64,000 bases of DNA, taken from Owenia fusiformis (lineage: Eukaryota). The translations under genes and the position numbers were made by a program. Positions 35,700 to 49,800 of the stretch are shown here, piece by piece (within the stretch, counting starts at the first letter, position 1; each line of letters starts with the position of its first letter). Under the pieces are notes generated by a model. It saw nothing but the letters and a program-made list of their open reading frames with translations, ran no database searches and had not been told where the DNA came from. The stretch spans positions 34,410,001-34,474,000 of the forward strand of contig CAIIXF020000001.1 of the NCBI GenBank assembly GCA_903813345.2, read 5' to 3'.

Positions 35700-36210
35700 C
35701 TCAATAGAGTATCTTTAAATTGTATAAACTGTTCTTTAATCTGTCTTATACCAAAAATAAAGTCTTTACGTATATTTATAAGTTTTTCATAGTTGCATTC
35801 GAAGAGTACATGGTACTCATCATCAATTTCTTTGGAGTCACATAAATAGCAATATCACTTTTCTTTTGCAATTTTGAATCTCCTTTTATAGGAAAGTTAT
35901 GACATGAGATCCTAGTCCTTGTTATAGCCTTTCTGTGGGAATCATTATTAATATTAAGGTATTTCTCTTGTTTATACATTTTCTTTACTGTTCTATACAC
36001 TCTGGTTTTAGATGGTATATTTTCAGCTACATTAATTTTTTTAAAGAAAAGTTCTTGATATTTATTAAATAATTTGTTTTTCAAGGTTTTGATTAATATG
36101 CTTGCATCTGTTTGATCAAAACTATCTTTATCTTCGATAAAAGTTGATATTCCACAGAATTCACAGATAGCCTTTACAACAGTATAATAATTCGAGGTAT
36201 TGTTGGCAAT
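35700..36210 (-). pseudogene. Degenerate LINE ORF2, C-terminal part
   Basis: KYQELFFKKIN...KTRVYRTVKKMYKQEKYL...ITRTRISCHNFPI parallels the C-terminus of the intact ORF2; frameshifted. Confidence 0.8.
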
Positions 36211-36275
36211 AGAGAGATTTCGCACCTAGTTAAAGTACAAATTATAACGTATACTTATACTTATAGGTAAACGTA

Positions 36276-36496
36276 CAAGGTGTTTCATAATGTGAGCTTT
36301 TCGTCAGGAAAGATCTTCTCGGACTGTAATAAATACAGGTCAAAGGGATGCCATTTGTACTTTCTTGAATTGTAGCATGTTTAGTTGATTCAAATGTGTT
36401 TGTCTAGAATAAAATAGGCTCATATATAGTACATACGTTATAGACCCATCTCTTCTCAAATTGACTTTTTGGAGATGCTCGTTATGAAACACCCTG
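36276..36496. mobile_element. Small Tc1/mariner-type MITE
   Basis: TA|CAAGGTGTTTCATAA ... TTATGAAACACCCTG|TA. Confidence 0.7.
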
Positions 36497-36499
36497 TAT

Positions 36500-37357
36500 C
36501 AGAGATCACGATAGTTGAAAAAACTTGTTAGCCATTGTGGCTAAATCTTCCAAAATATTTTTAGCCAACCAAAATATGAATTAGCCATTTTGAAAAACCG
36601 TAAAAAAGGGAATTCGCAATAGAGGTGTCACGGTCCAAGAAAATTTCGGTACGGTACGGAACGGTACAAATGGTCTCAACACGTTACTTTCGGGACGGGA
36701 CGGGACAGAACATTAAAAATGATGAAATGTCTGATGATGACAGTTTCACTTTTCAAAATCATATTCAGGAATAAAAAAACGTCCATTGAAATTGATTGTA
36801 AAGCATCTGCCGCGAATGTGATCGGCATTTCACATAGTCTGCACGGTGTAATATTACCAATTCGTTTACCTTGTGATATCGGAGTCCCAAAATACTTCCC
36901 AACTGCCGACTTTTTCGACTTAGATGCCGGCTCGATTTTTCAATTTCTTTCCTACATCCGGCATACTGATAATGCACTAGATTTGCGAATGACGATGAAG
37001 AAATTTACGAACAAGCATTACCATCTACCTGAAATCGCGGGTCCGTTAATAACACTTTTCAATGCAAAGAAGTGTAATCTAGGTACGAGGTAAGTGAAAA
37101 TATTTCAGAACGAAATCGGAGGTGTTCCTCGCTATTTATACACGTTTTTATGCATTTTAGTGAAGGAATCTATGTACCGATATTAACCCTTTCTGTCCCA
37201 TGTCCCGAACCGAAGCATCTGGACCGAAATTCGGTCCAATATCGGGAAACCGTGACACCTCTAATTCGCCATAACTGCGAAATACCTTTACATATTTTTC
37301 GCCACCTTTTTCGAAAATTCGCAATTGGCGAATGGCGAACGTCTACCGTGATCTCTG
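36500..37357. mobile_element. hAT-like MITE with 7-bp TSD
   Basis: CAGAGATCACGATAG / CTACCGTGATCTCTG ends; CCTGTAT on both flanks. Confidence 0.75.
36620..37263. mobile_element. hAT-like MITE
   Basis: TAGAGGTGTCACGGT / ACCGTGACACCTCTA ends; 8-bp TSD ATTCGCAA / ATTCGCCA; CGGTA/CGGGA subrepeats. Confidence 0.8.
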
Positions 37358-37370
37358 CCTGTATGTCATA

Positions 37371-38144
37371 CAGACCCTAAGATTCAGAATAATTAATACA
37401 AGTCCTTTGGACTTGTAAGTGAAAATTTCATCCAAAAAAATACAAGCCAAATAAGGACTTGTAAATTTTAAAGTTACAAGTCCAAAAAAATTTGGGAAAT
37501 TTGGACACTTTCTCGCAAGTAATGCAAAACATTTTATCGCCTCTGTGAGCTAACCATGGTCTTCCAAATTCCCATTTGGGTAGATACTTCCGCTTTTTGG
37601 TCTTTTCCATATCATATATAAGAGTGGTTTCCGAAAAAATTGAGAGAAATACGAATATTTCAAATATATCAAAAGTAAAATTTCGAAAAAACACTGACAA
37701 AGGTACAAGAGAGGCGAATTCTGATTAGTTGTTACCACCGGAAGTTAGACAGATATGTAAATTTAAGCCAATGAGATCGCGGTTTACTAACGTGTTTTGG
37801 CTCGATATCCATCCCACAATTTAGTAGGCGAGAGAGACGGTTTTTGATTGGTAGCGGAAGTATTGCATATTTTTAAATTTAAACCAATTGGAATGCGGCT
37901 TACTTACATATGTTTGGATCGGCATCCACAGAAAAAAAAGAAAGAAAAGTTAGTTTCAAACTTTTTATTCATGATATTGCCACGACCAATATTGATGAAT
38001 ACAGTCAACAGCTGACAGTCAATCAGGGTAAGCTTATAGGTCGTTTTTTAATACGCCAGGGAGACTTGTATTTTGAGAGGAAACACGCCAGCCGCTAAAA
38101 CAAGGCGACGCTGGCGTCCTGGCGTGTGGGAATCTTAGGGTCTG
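37371..38144 (-). mobile_element. hAT deletion derivative retaining a TTF-type zinc-finger start
   Basis: CAGACCCTAAGATTC / GAATCTTAGGGTCTG ends, perfect 8-bp TSD ATGTCATA; minus strand encodes MEKTKKRKYLPKWEFGRPWLAHRGDKMFCITCEK. Confidence 0.8.
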
Positions 38145-38704
38145 ATGTCATATGTTGAGCTACTGAATGGGTCGTTTCCAGGAATTGCTAGACTCTACTG
38201 GTTTGATTGGTGTTTCAAATTGATGGTTAAAGTATTTGATTGGATACTGTTCCCACTCAGCCAATTAATTTTAAAAAATGCTTGTGGTCGATTGTTCCAC
38301 ACACATGTAGGCAAATCTTTATACGGAGATCCAACTGTACGTAAATATACCGTTTTGTAAGTTCATTGAACTTATACTGATCATGAAAACATTGAAATAA
38401 TCAACTTGTTTACGTAATGACTCACTTAAAAGAATCATGACTCCCTTTAAAGGATCGTGTTTATAATACACTACAACTACAAGGACACGGAAGCAAGCAT
38501 TTAATTATAATGTGCATAATCTACACGTGCAGATGACAGTGCATTCATAGTCTCTAGTTGATGGAGCTTTTCTATAACGGGAATAGTTATGTTCCATTAA
38601 GTACAATTTAAAATTGATTTTAGTAAATATAATAGTTCGACATGACCCTTTAAACTATACGTATACGTATAAGTTGTACTTTCACTTATGTGCGAAATCT
38701 CTCT

Positions 38705-39352
38705 AATATCTAGAGTTGTTACTTTCGAAATCAGTGAAGTTTTGGGAGCTTTCCTAGCATGTACCCAATATTTTATGATCCCAATATAGATATTAATAAA
38801 TAAGGGATACCTTCCCAATTCAGATTTAGCTAGTATGTTTGTACATATTTGAATTAACTTGTAGTATGAATTTGCAAAATTTTGTATGCAGTTGTTCAAA
38901 TGGGAGTTTGTCATTTAATAACATTTCTTCTATGGATTTAGATTTCCAATTAAATCCATATGCGCCCCATATCTCTGAGCCATATAATGATATTGGTTTT
39001 ATGAGGGAATCATACAGCTTCATTTGTATCCTTACTGGCATTCTATAAAAACTTTGTTTAATAGCAAAATGAGCTTTCATTGCCTTACTATTCAGTAAAT
39101 TCATGGCTGATACAAAAGAACCATTTTTCTTAAAGGTGATGCCAAGGTATACATAACTTTTAGTTTCAATAATCTTATTATTACCAAAATAAAATACATG
39201 GTTCATACTAGTGGTATTAAAGACCATAACTTTTGTTTTACTAAGATTAACCTGTAATTTCCAGTCAGAACAATACTTTCTAAATGCATTTAAGCAGTTC
39301 TGTAGGCAAGACTCTGATGAACTCATAAGTACAATATCATCGCCAAAGGCCA
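38705..39352 (-). pseudogene. Degenerate, 5'-truncated LINE ORF2 (RT C-terminal half); continues at 36210
   Basis: AFGDDIV, WKLQVNLSKTKVMVF, YVYLGI, LYDSLIKPISLYGSEIWG, then frameshifted SELGRYPL. The frame rejoins across the 36211-38704 insertion (KVTTLD-IANNTS). Confidence 0.85.
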
Positions 39353-40205
39353 GAAAGTTTGTGGATATATCATCTTATCGTATAGCTTTACATTTTTTCT
39401 TACATAAGTATGATTCTAAATCATGTATGATTATATTATAAATGCACAAATAATAAATCCTGCCTAATCTGAACACTACTGGGACCAGCTAAAAGTGTTC
39501 AGATTAGGAGTTTAAAGGACGGGTATAGAATGGCAAAGGATTTTGGACAGTCATATCTTTCACCAAGAATCAATTTATTAATTTATTTATTCATATGTAT
39601 TTCAACAACAAATGTACAGTAACGGGTGACACTACTCGTGTATATTTCCATGTTTATGATCATACGTACATGAAATGAACAGATTGGGGATCTGCTTGTG
39701 TGAAGAATGCTACTACTATCTATGTCTGATTAATTGTGAGTCATTTAATGCCCACTATGGTTATTTAAAATTGGTATTATTGATTGATTAAGTTTTTTTC
39801 AATTATTTTTTTCATAATAAAAATACATCCAGATAATGTTATTTCAATAGGTTATGAATTCCAAATTGATGGTGCAGTAAAAGATATCCCTCCCCTGCCC
39901 CCTTGTCTGGTAAAATGGTACAATATGAATAATTGTTGGCTTATATCATGAATTTTGCATTTGCCGATTATATTATAAAATTATAAAGTAAACAGGTATA
40001 CTTTATGACTATGACTTATGACTACCGTTTTAATTTGACAGATTGGCGGATCAAAAAAATTTGCCAAATTAAAAATCTGCCAATTATCACATCTTTTTTG
40101 GAAAATCCCCAGGGAATTTGTAATTTGCAATTATTTCATGTGTGTGAGTATTCCCATTTGGATGTCAGTGTTATACCAAGACTTACTGTAAGTAATACAT
40201 TAACT

Positions 40206-40864
40206 GGTCAACTGGTACCCAAGATAAGTCAGACCCAAGACAACTGGTACCCAAGACAACTCGTACCCAAGTATATATTTTGTTTTGAATCAAGCATTGG
40301 ACTGGGAATGTGAATAGATATACATATTATAATTGTAACATACTGTTCAGAATAGTTTAAAGTTTGAAGAAGAATTTTCGGAAGAAATTGATTTAATTTT
40401 GTGACAATTTATATTGACTAATATTTTATATTGGTCACATATTCAGGATGTTCGATTGAAGAGACATATGTTTATTCCACATATTCATAATCATTTTTCA
40501 AAATATTGTATGTTTATGAATGTTTGGAACAAGTGTCAGATCTAATGTTGTAATTATATTTATTTATATATATATGTTTGACAAAAAATGTTGAGAACAA
40601 TGCATTAAAAAAAAAAGCTTTACTGATCCATTGAGAATAAATGTCGTCTAAATTCAAAAAAATATTGAGGCTTATTTGATTCCCATTGTAACATGAAAGC
40701 ATTACAAACTCAATTTTTTCCCTAATATCCACCCATAATACTGAAAATAATCCTGAGTATGAGTTGTCTTGGGTACGAGTTGTCTTTGGCACGAGTTGTC
40801 TTGGGTACGAGTTGTCTTGGGTACGAGTTGTCTTGGGTACGAAATGTCTTGGGTATGAGTTGAC
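40206..40864. mobile_element. MITE with 16-bp GACAACTCGTACCCAA repeats at both ends
   Basis: Direct units at 40206-40272, inverted units at 40755-40864. Confidence 0.75.
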
Positions 40865-41029
40865 TAGGAAGCAGTAATACACATGAAACTGAAATGCTTA
40901 TTTCCAGAAATAACAGTTGGCTGTTGAGTAGATAGCTGATCAAGAATCTGGTATTTTTCAATTCGAACTGGCACCATTGAGTTAACATGAGGATATCATC
41001 ATATTGATTTTTTGTGATTTCAAAATGCC

Positions 41030-42215
41030 CTAACTTCCGAACCGAAAGTCGGCTTGCAATTTGGTTTGCAGATTCGTATTCCTGAGAAAATTCTACCATT
41101 ATTTCATAACTCACACGTTAAATTTGAAGAACTTTTTGTTTTGACCTTTTTTCTCGACACGATATCTCAAAAGTGGGTCAAATAACTCTCTGACGGCAAA
41201 AGGCTAACGCCATTAGCATACTCTTTGCTATCTGTATATCAAATTTTGAAGAATATTATTAAAGTGTAGTGCCAGAATCGTAAAATAAGGAAAATCTATG
41301 AATTTTACCTAGATTTTGACCTAATTATACCCAAATTTTGAAGGAAAGTAGATTTTGAGATTGGCTTCTATTGTAGGCTCTTATTAAGTTGGATGCATCC
41401 AAGCTGTATCTCCTGTTGTTACAATTCATAATTTTATCAAGCCCCATTGACTTAACATAGAAAAGAAAATAGCGATTTTTGAGATTTCAAAACGTTATAA
41501 CTCCTGAACCTTGACTTTTAGATTCGGAATCCTGAGAAAATTTCCTATAAGACTAAAACCCTTGACATTGAATTTGGAGAATGTTTTGTTTTGACCTTTT
41601 TTCCGGACACGATATCTCAAAAGTGGGTCAAAATACTCTCTGACGGCAAAGGGCTAACGCCATTAGCATACTCTTTGCTATCTGTATACCAAATTTCGAA
41701 GAATATTAGTAAAGTGTAGTGCCAGAATTGTAAAAATAAGGAAAACCTATGAATTTGACCTAGATTTTGACCTAGGCCATGGACTGGATTTGGACCTGGA
41801 CCTAGATTTGACTTGGACCTGGACCAACACTGGACTTGGACCTGGACTGGACCTTGACTTGGACCTGGAAATGGACTGGACCAGTATTTTTTCAATTTTT
41901 CTTCACTTTTCTGGACTTTCAATAAGACTATTATCAGATCGATTTTTCTCGAAATTTCAAAACATTTCCTATAAGACTGATACCCTCGACATTGAATTTG
42001 GTGAACTTTTTTTTGGACCTCGTTTTCGGACATATCTCGAAATCAGTTAGATATATCAAAGATACTAAATCAACAATAAGTTGATAAATACTTTTTTATT
42101 AGAAACACAATGAATAAAATCTGGATCGAAAATATTGAAGGACGACCGAGAAAATCCAAAAAAGTGGCAAAGTACTGGATTTGACCTAGTTTTTGACCTT
42201 TGACCCAAATAAAAA
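41030..42215. repeat. About 470-bp duplicated unit plus GGAC(C/T)T hexamer microsatellite
   Basis: 41135-41325 is repeated at 41586-41773; hexamer run at about 41780-41882. Confidence 0.65.
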
Positions 42216-44154
42216 TTTGACGTCACCAACTAGATACATGACCTTAAGGGGACTCATCTCTAACCCTTACGACAATGGTGATATACTTGCCAATTACAGA
42301 ACAGAAAATAAACATCTTCAGGAAAAGCTTGTTTGTTAACTTCACATTTGACAAGTATTCTATAATTAAATATTAATGACGCTGAATGACGGTATGTGAC
42401 ACTTTACGACATAGTAGCTCATAGCAACTATGAGCTCCTCACTTGAAGCATCGTTTTATCATGACATCATATAACACTCTTGCTCATGAATTCTTGGAAA
42501 ATTGTTTCCATTATAAAAAGTGACTCATTGCCCCATCAACAATTAAACAAACAAATGAACTATACGTCACTGATTTCCCAAATAATTGCATAATTTGGGT
42601 GTTTGCTTTGTTTTCTTGTATTCGTTCAAGCTTAGTTCGTTATATTCTAGCAGTTTAACAAGCAAGCAAAGGTTTTACAGACAAACTAGCATGTAACTTG
42701 GTTTTTTCGCTAAATGCCATTAGTATGAGCAATTTATATAAGGTTTCATTGAATATTACCTTGGAAATCAAAATGGTTATTATTCCCATATATATTACTG
42801 GTGTATAAGAAAATCATTGTAGCCTACGGTACAGCCACCGAATGGTGTGCCTCTTAATAACATCTAAAATAAAAAAAAAGGTTTCACCATCGATTTTTTA
42901 CGTCAAATAATATCAAAGTTTATTGAAATAAAGAGGCGATTGAAATTCAACATGGCGTCAAGAACCATTTACAAATGTTAGTCTTATAAGGCTTTAATAT
43001 ATTTACCCTCATTTGAATTTTCTTGGAATTCAAACTATTCAGATAATAAAAGGCATTGCATTTATATCATTTTAAGCGATTGTAAAATGATTCGCATATC
43101 CGATAACACGGATAGCGAGATCATACCGTTTCGCACTGAACAATTTTTGTTGGTGATAATTGACGAAATTCTTGAAAAATATCAGAAAAAGCCGAAATTT
43201 TGAATCTAAATAACAGAAAAAATCGACGGTGGAACCTTTTTATCTTTTCAAATGTTATTTAGGGGTATGTGAACTATTCTTTAAAACAATAAAAACAATA
43301 TGTCAATGTTTTATTTTTCTCCTCAAAGAATGTCAAAGTTAATGGTAATTTAAGTTCAACATGGCCGAACTTGGATGAGGGGTCACAATCCTTTTCAAAG
43401 GTTGGTCTTGTGATTCTTTATTTACCCTAATTTTAGTTTTCTTGAAATTTACATTATTATGATAATATAAAAGGCATTGCATTTATATAATTTTAAACGA
43501 TTGTAAAATAATTTGCATGCCCAATAACACGTATGTTGAGATCATACCTTTTCGCACTAAAAACATTTTTTGTTGGTGATAATCGATGAAATTCTTGAAA
43601 ATAAAATGAAAAAGCCGAAATTCCCAAAATAAATAACAGAAAAAATCGACGGTGGAACCTTTTTATATTTTCAAATGTTATTTAGGGGTACGTGAACTAT
43701 TGTTTAAAACAATATGTCAATGTTTTAGTTTTTTCCTCAAAAAATGTCAAAGTTTATGAAAATTGAAAGTCAATTAATATTTGATATGGCGTCAATTGTA
43801 CTGCCGATTTTGGGTAAGGGGTCAGAGGCCTTTAAAAATATTTATATAAAAATGCTTTATTTTCCCCGAATCGAATTTTCTTGGAACTCAAAACTCTTCA
43901 GATAATCAAACTGAAGTTAATCAAAGACATTTTAAGCGGTTGTATAATGATTCACATGTCTTATACGTGTATGGCAAAACCATACCGGTGAGCAATATAA
44001 ACATTTCTTTTTGGAGATAATCGATGAAATTCATAAAAATATCAGAAAAAGCCGAAATTTTAAATCTAGATAACAGAAAAAATCGACGGTGGAACCTTTT
44101 TATATTTTCAAATGTTTTTTAGGGATACGTGAACTGTTGTTTGAAACAATAAAA

Positions 44155-45105
44155 ATAGGACCCACGGTCCTGTGCTCACACAGTTTGGAACCTTCAGAGG
44201 AATGTATCTCCTGACTTTCAAACAAAAATGTTGATTTGGATTTGTAGTCTCGAACTTTGAGAAACTAAGACAGCACAGTTGTGTGACCTAGTTTGATGAC
44301 CTTTGACCTTGAAAATTTTAATTATTTAGAGCTCAGTAAGGTCTTTGTGATTAAGCTGAACAAAATTTACATCCAAAAATCAATTTGAAAAATCAACCTT
44401 TTGGACCTTTCAAAGGTCACTGGAGGTCAAGGTAACTTGTAGATGATTTTCAAAAAAAATTTGGTCAAATTGAAGCAAGTTGAAAAATAACTTATTTTTA
44501 CTGTGTTTTTTTTACGTCAAATATCTCAAAAACGGTAAAAATTTGATGCTGACATATATTGAGCAATATGTAGGGAATGCTTAAATCTAGTTATGATGTA
44601 ATTCATCGCAAGAAATGATCAAGTATAAGGCAAACTTTGAGAAACTTGTCAATCACAAAACCTGCCATTGACTTTATACATAAGAAAGTTTCCTACTTTT
44701 TGTCAAATTTTATAGAGTAAGCACCAAAAACTGTAATTCCTAGAGCTTTGAAATCTTCAGAGGACATAAGTTGCATATACAGCAACTACTACAAGTTATT
44801 TGAAAGTTCTACTTCAACAAAGTGTCTAGAATTTACAGAAAATTTGACTTTTTGACGTCAAAATCAGCAATTTCTCGGAAACCGGGCAAACTTGGGAAAT
44901 GGCGATGAAAGGTCAAATAGGCATTATGGATATGCATAAAATGAATGTGGTAATGACTCAATCCGAATAGCAGTTTTAATTTGTGCGGCCAATGTTGACG
45001 GACGGACCAACGGACGGACCAATGGACGGACCAATGGACGGACGGACGGACCAACGGACGGACGGACGCCTGGTCGATCCCATAGGCTCACTGTGTGAGC
45101 CAAAA
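44155..45105 (+). mobile_element. Complete HINE-like family D element (empty-site reference for the RT insertion)
   Basis: SubTIRs GCTCACACAGT / ACTGTGTGAGC, intact GGAC module, 3' hairpin; inserted in an A-run of AACAATAAAAACAATATGTC with no TSD. Confidence 0.85.
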
Positions 45106-45547
45106 ACAATATGTCAATGTTTTAGTTTTTTCCTCAAAAAATGTCAAAGTTTATGAAAATTGAAATACAATTACAATTTTATATGGCCTCAATTGCACTT
45201 CCGAACTTGGGAAAGGGGTCAAAACCCTTTATCTAACCTGTTCTTACTATGCTTTATTAGTACCCATGAAGAAATAATTGGCATCAAAAGTCTTCAGCTT
45301 ATCAAATGCCGTAAATTAAAAACAACCTTGGTGGCCATGTGACAATTTTCCTATCAATCATCGATAAAATAAGAATGTGTCGCTTTTAAAGCAAGCATAT
45401 TCTAGTGAAGCGGGTAAATTGAGGCGTTTTTTCCGTAACGTCACACCCATCTTTCAGACAATCTAGGGAAATATTTTAACGGCTAACATTCAGTGTGTTT
45501 TACATTAAATGAAAGCATATATGAAACACTTCCAAAAAAAGAAACAT

Positions 45548-46883
45548 CCCAGCCTATCATCAGGTTATTGAGGCGTAGACCAAAAGTTAACCTTAAATGT
45601 GCCTTACTTTCAGGTCTAGACTAAAAGTATGCCTCTTTTACAGGTATTTTTAAGGCTTAGACCAAAACCTAGCCTCATTTACTCACAATAATTTCAGTTA
45701 TAGACCTTATTTTCAGGCGTATAGACCAAAACTGCGCCTTAAAAACCAAATCTAAACCACATTTACTTAGAAGATTTTAGAATAGACCTCACTGTAAGGC
45801 GTATAGACCAAAAGTGCGCCTGAAAAACTTGAACAATTTTCAAAATGACCAAATCTAGACCTGATAAACTAAGAACATTTTAGAATAGACCTCACTGACA
45901 GGCGTATAGACCAAAACTGCCCCTTAAAAACTTAAACATTTATAAAATGACTAAATCTAGACCTGATAAACATAGAATTTTTTTAAAAACTTAGAAAACA
46001 TAAATCTGAAAAAGCCACACTTACTGTAGTATTTTGTCAGAATCACGAAGGAGACAGATTATAATATATTAGGTTAACAGACCAGTAAACTGTATTTTCA
46101 ACTCCCTATTAATGGTTTTTATCAGAACTTAAAAAAATAATCAAAATCTGGGAAATCTAAAGAAGGATGTCTGAAAATAATAAAATATTGAAATATTGTT
46201 AAATTTAAATGATGAAACAAAAATACATCATATTAGAAGCCTACATATAATTTATATAAGAATACTGTGTAATTTTTCCTTCATCTTTCTAATGTGTTCA
46301 TAGATCTGTATCTTATCCATGAGACAAGTTAATCCTAGAAAACAACACAGCAATTCAAAATAAATGCAATTTATTTAACAACTATGGAGGGTACTGATAT
46401 GTACTAAGTACTTTTCTACTTTGAAACAACAAAACATGACCTGACCTTACTTACAGTTATATGAGGCTTGTACCTGAAATGAGGTCTAGACCAAAAGTAG
46501 ACCTTAAGGCTTAATTTCCATAATTGAAATGTGCCTTAACGTAAGGTGTACACCAAAAGCAGAAGAGAAGTAGACCTGAAAACCAATAGTGAACCTCAAA
46601 TAAGGCGTAGACCAAAAGTATACCTCAAATATAGACCTGATTTACAGATAGTTGAGGCTTAAATGAGGTCTAGACCTCAAATATAGACCTGATAAACCTG
46701 ATGAGGTCATTAAATAAGGTGTACTTCTGGTCTACTTTTGGCTTAATTTAAATATTTGAAACGCGCCTGACTATGGGGATTTAACACAGAGAAAAACCAA
46801 AAGTAGACCAGAAGTACGCCTCATGAGTAGACCAAAAGTAAACCTCAAATATTGACCAATATTGCGCCTGACGATAGGCTGGG
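45548..46883 (+). mobile_element. Non-autonomous EnSpm/CMC-like element, copy 2
   Basis: Same length (1336 bp) and nearly identical to 27700-29035, but with a different 2-bp TSD (AT), so an independent insertion. Confidence 0.85.
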
Positions 46884-49800
46884 ATAAACAGGGGGTTCAG
46901 GTTACTCCCCAATTCGGCTAGGTTAGAGATGAGTCCCCTTTATTGTTGAGAAATCTTGCACAGTAAAATAATAAGAAGAAGAATAAAGAAAAGAGGCAAA
47001 AACAATTAACAAATACTTCAGACTCGTTTTATATTTATAGTGCGCATACACTATCATATTATCATTGGAATTATTTCTACAGAGGCACGTATAGGTGTTT
47101 TATATATAGCTCTGGAAATTTTGCTTTATCGTCAGATTTTATGAGATTTTCATATTGAAAGTCAAAATGTATAATAGAAGTAACAATTAAGTTGGGAACG
47201 AAAAAACTTTTATTTCCAGATCATCATCTTGGTGGATGGACTCTCATAGTATTTCAATTATGGGGTTCTACTATTAGACACATATGTGCCTTACATATGG
47301 TGCTTACGTTTTCTAATAATACAAAACAAGCTTGCATGGATAGGCAGCAGTTTGGAAATATTAGGCACGCAGTTTGGGAAATACATGTGAATATAGGTGC
47401 GCAGTTTGACAAGAAATATGTTTAAATCACGTTTATGGCGTATTATCATTTTGAACACAAACTATGCTGCTTTAATCAGATGGAGTGATCCTGTATATTA
47501 TAGCATACACAGACACAATGGCTGAATAAACGGCAAATGACAATAAAAAGACATAGATATAACTTTACACTGTAAATTTTGAGCACATAAGTTACTTAAA
47601 ACCCTTATATTGAGATAACTAGGTTTACATCGGGAACAACATTGAGTGCTATGAGTAAATTAAGTTCATCTTTACAGAATGGTACTATCTTTAGAATGAG
47701 ACTAACCTTGTATTTTTTTGTATTTTGGCTTTTTTTGGGAGTCATGTCCTCCCCGTCTTCTATTTTGAAATATGCGCACATTTTGTCAGAGTTTCAAACT
47801 GCGTGCCTAATAGGCGCGCAGATTGACATGGACACCGTGATATAGTGGCATGATAATATTTATATACGTTCTCAGCATAAGTCTGAAGGTATAAATGCAT
47901 GTTGACAAAAAGCTTCGTCACTAAGCAATTTTGGGCCAGTGAACCACCTCCGCCTTCGTTAGAAAAGCTTAGTTGATAACGAAGCAATTGGGTAGAAAAT
48001 TCAACGAAGGTTAGATCATAACGAAGCTTTTTTTGCCAATGTAACAGGTAGCTTCGTTAGAAAATGCTTAGTTGGTGGTTTGCGCATGCGTGTAATAAAG
48101 AGCACATTGATCATTTTGTATTAAATGAGAGAAATGGCGTGGAAAAATACATTTTTAAGTACGTATTATAATGCTGCCTATTGATTAAAATAATTAGCCT
48201 AACTCAATCCCCAAACGCCACGTACAAAAAAGTAATTTCCTGTCTTTCTTAGCTTTTCATTCTCATTCCCTGCCTTTCCTCCGATGGATATGACATAAAG
48301 TATCAAATCTAAAAACCGCAGGTTTTACCGTATACGTATACAGTAGTTTAGAAATGTTTATTCAATCCATTAGCGAATATTAGACCTAGAAAACTCAGTC
48401 TCATGTGTGGAAGCGTAAACTTTTGAAATTATGTAAGCTATGCTTACTTAATAGAATAATAGAATGATGTGGAATACATATTTGATATTTAGATTTTTGC
48501 TCCTCGTATAATCGTACCTTGAATATAATTAGGTGTTAATACCATGATACTATTGCTTCCCAGTGAATCACATCAGGGATTTAGCTGATTTAATTTAAAG
48601 TCCTTACTCAGAAATCGTATTCAATTAACTGGTTATCGCCTTATTGCAAGTCTTATCTGGTCGTTCCATTATTTTATTCTTCGATGATTTTAAATTGTAA
48701 TTGTAGTTCAACTTCATGTTTAAATAGATTGAATTAACGTTTCAAAACTAGCGTGTACATATGCGGTAAGACCTGCGAGCAAGGAACGCTCTTTGGACTG
48801 GCCAAAACTGTTCCAGAGCTAGAGAGGGTCCATGTTTTAGACGCGCACCAAAACCCAAAGTCCCGCCTAAGCATTCATTATTGTTGCCTTTGAATTATTG
48901 ATGTGTCCTAAGACGTTGCTTACAACTGATATTCAAGTTTCTTTCTATTTGCGTCACTTTTGAATTCAACTGACGACTGATGGATTAACATACTATTTTA
49001 TGGCCAACTAATTCAAATATGAATGGTATGGTGGCAGATAATATTCATATTAAAATGAATTGGTCATGAAATAGTAAGTTAAACTACCAGCCGAATCCAA
49101 GATATTTAATAATGGCTACACCTGAGAAGCACATTCTGGAATCATTTTTATACGATCACATACAAGCCCTCTGTATAAACCTCAAATCCAATCCCACCTA
49201 GTCATTAACCTCTAACTATTCCATAAGTTTTCTAAGAGAAATGAGAGAAAAATGAGAAGAATACTTGTAATTGTATTGACTGAAATATACTCCTCAAAAA
49301 AAGTTAAGGACCAGTGGTTTTCCTCATAGGTTTACATGTTAACCCCCATATTTGTTTGAATGACTATTTTCTAAGCGTGGAACAAAAGAAATCCCAATAA
49401 AGTAAATAAATCTGGATCTTGATTCTATTCCCTATAAAGTCCGCAACGTTTCAATGTTGTATCTCCATTACATTGGGTCAAAATTTTATGTCAAAATTGA
49501 TGAATTTCATGAAATTTAACAAAAATGGCAGATCCCATGTTAAACATCATTTTTTATAAAAAAAGATCCAAAACATAGAATCTTATTTATACCTTCAGAG
49601 TTGGACTGGAAACATTATCATATCACTATATCGTGCCATTAAAAAGTTAAATAAGAAATGGTACATTTTAGAGTATGAAACTCTGGCGCTGTTTTCAATT
49701 GCTTTTACTCCTACCATTATTGGACTTTGAACAAAAGTGAAAATTTCCTGCAAATGATATATGCATTGCATGGAGAAGTTAATTTTCTTATATATACATA

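Larger units (their letters stand above)
36211..38704. mobile_element. Harbinger-like MITE (3-bp TSD AAT) containing four nested MITEs
   Basis: AGAGAGATTTCGCAC / GTGCGAAATCTCTCT ends; AAT on both flanks. Confidence 0.75.
42227..47010 (+). mobile_element. Composite repeat with about 430-bp tandem units, interrupted by HINE D and EnSpm-like insertions
   Basis: GGGGACTCATCTCTAACC (about 42248) inverted at about 46921; AAAATCGACGGTGGAACCTTTT recurs near 43220, 43643 and 44080; ends in an (AAG)-rich tract. Boundaries approximate. Confidence 0.5.

Noticed and set aside
36719..37380. 124-aa and neighbouring ORFs as a transposase
   Set aside because: They lie inside small MITEs and show no transposase motifs.
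40755..40864. Regular 16-bp repeats resembling a CRISPR array
   Set aside because: Head-to-tail with no unique spacers, mirrored at the other end of a MITE, no cas genes, eukaryotic context.
41617..42050. GP/QV-rich and DL-repeat ORFs
   Set aside because: Products of the GGAC(C/T)T hexamer microsatellite.
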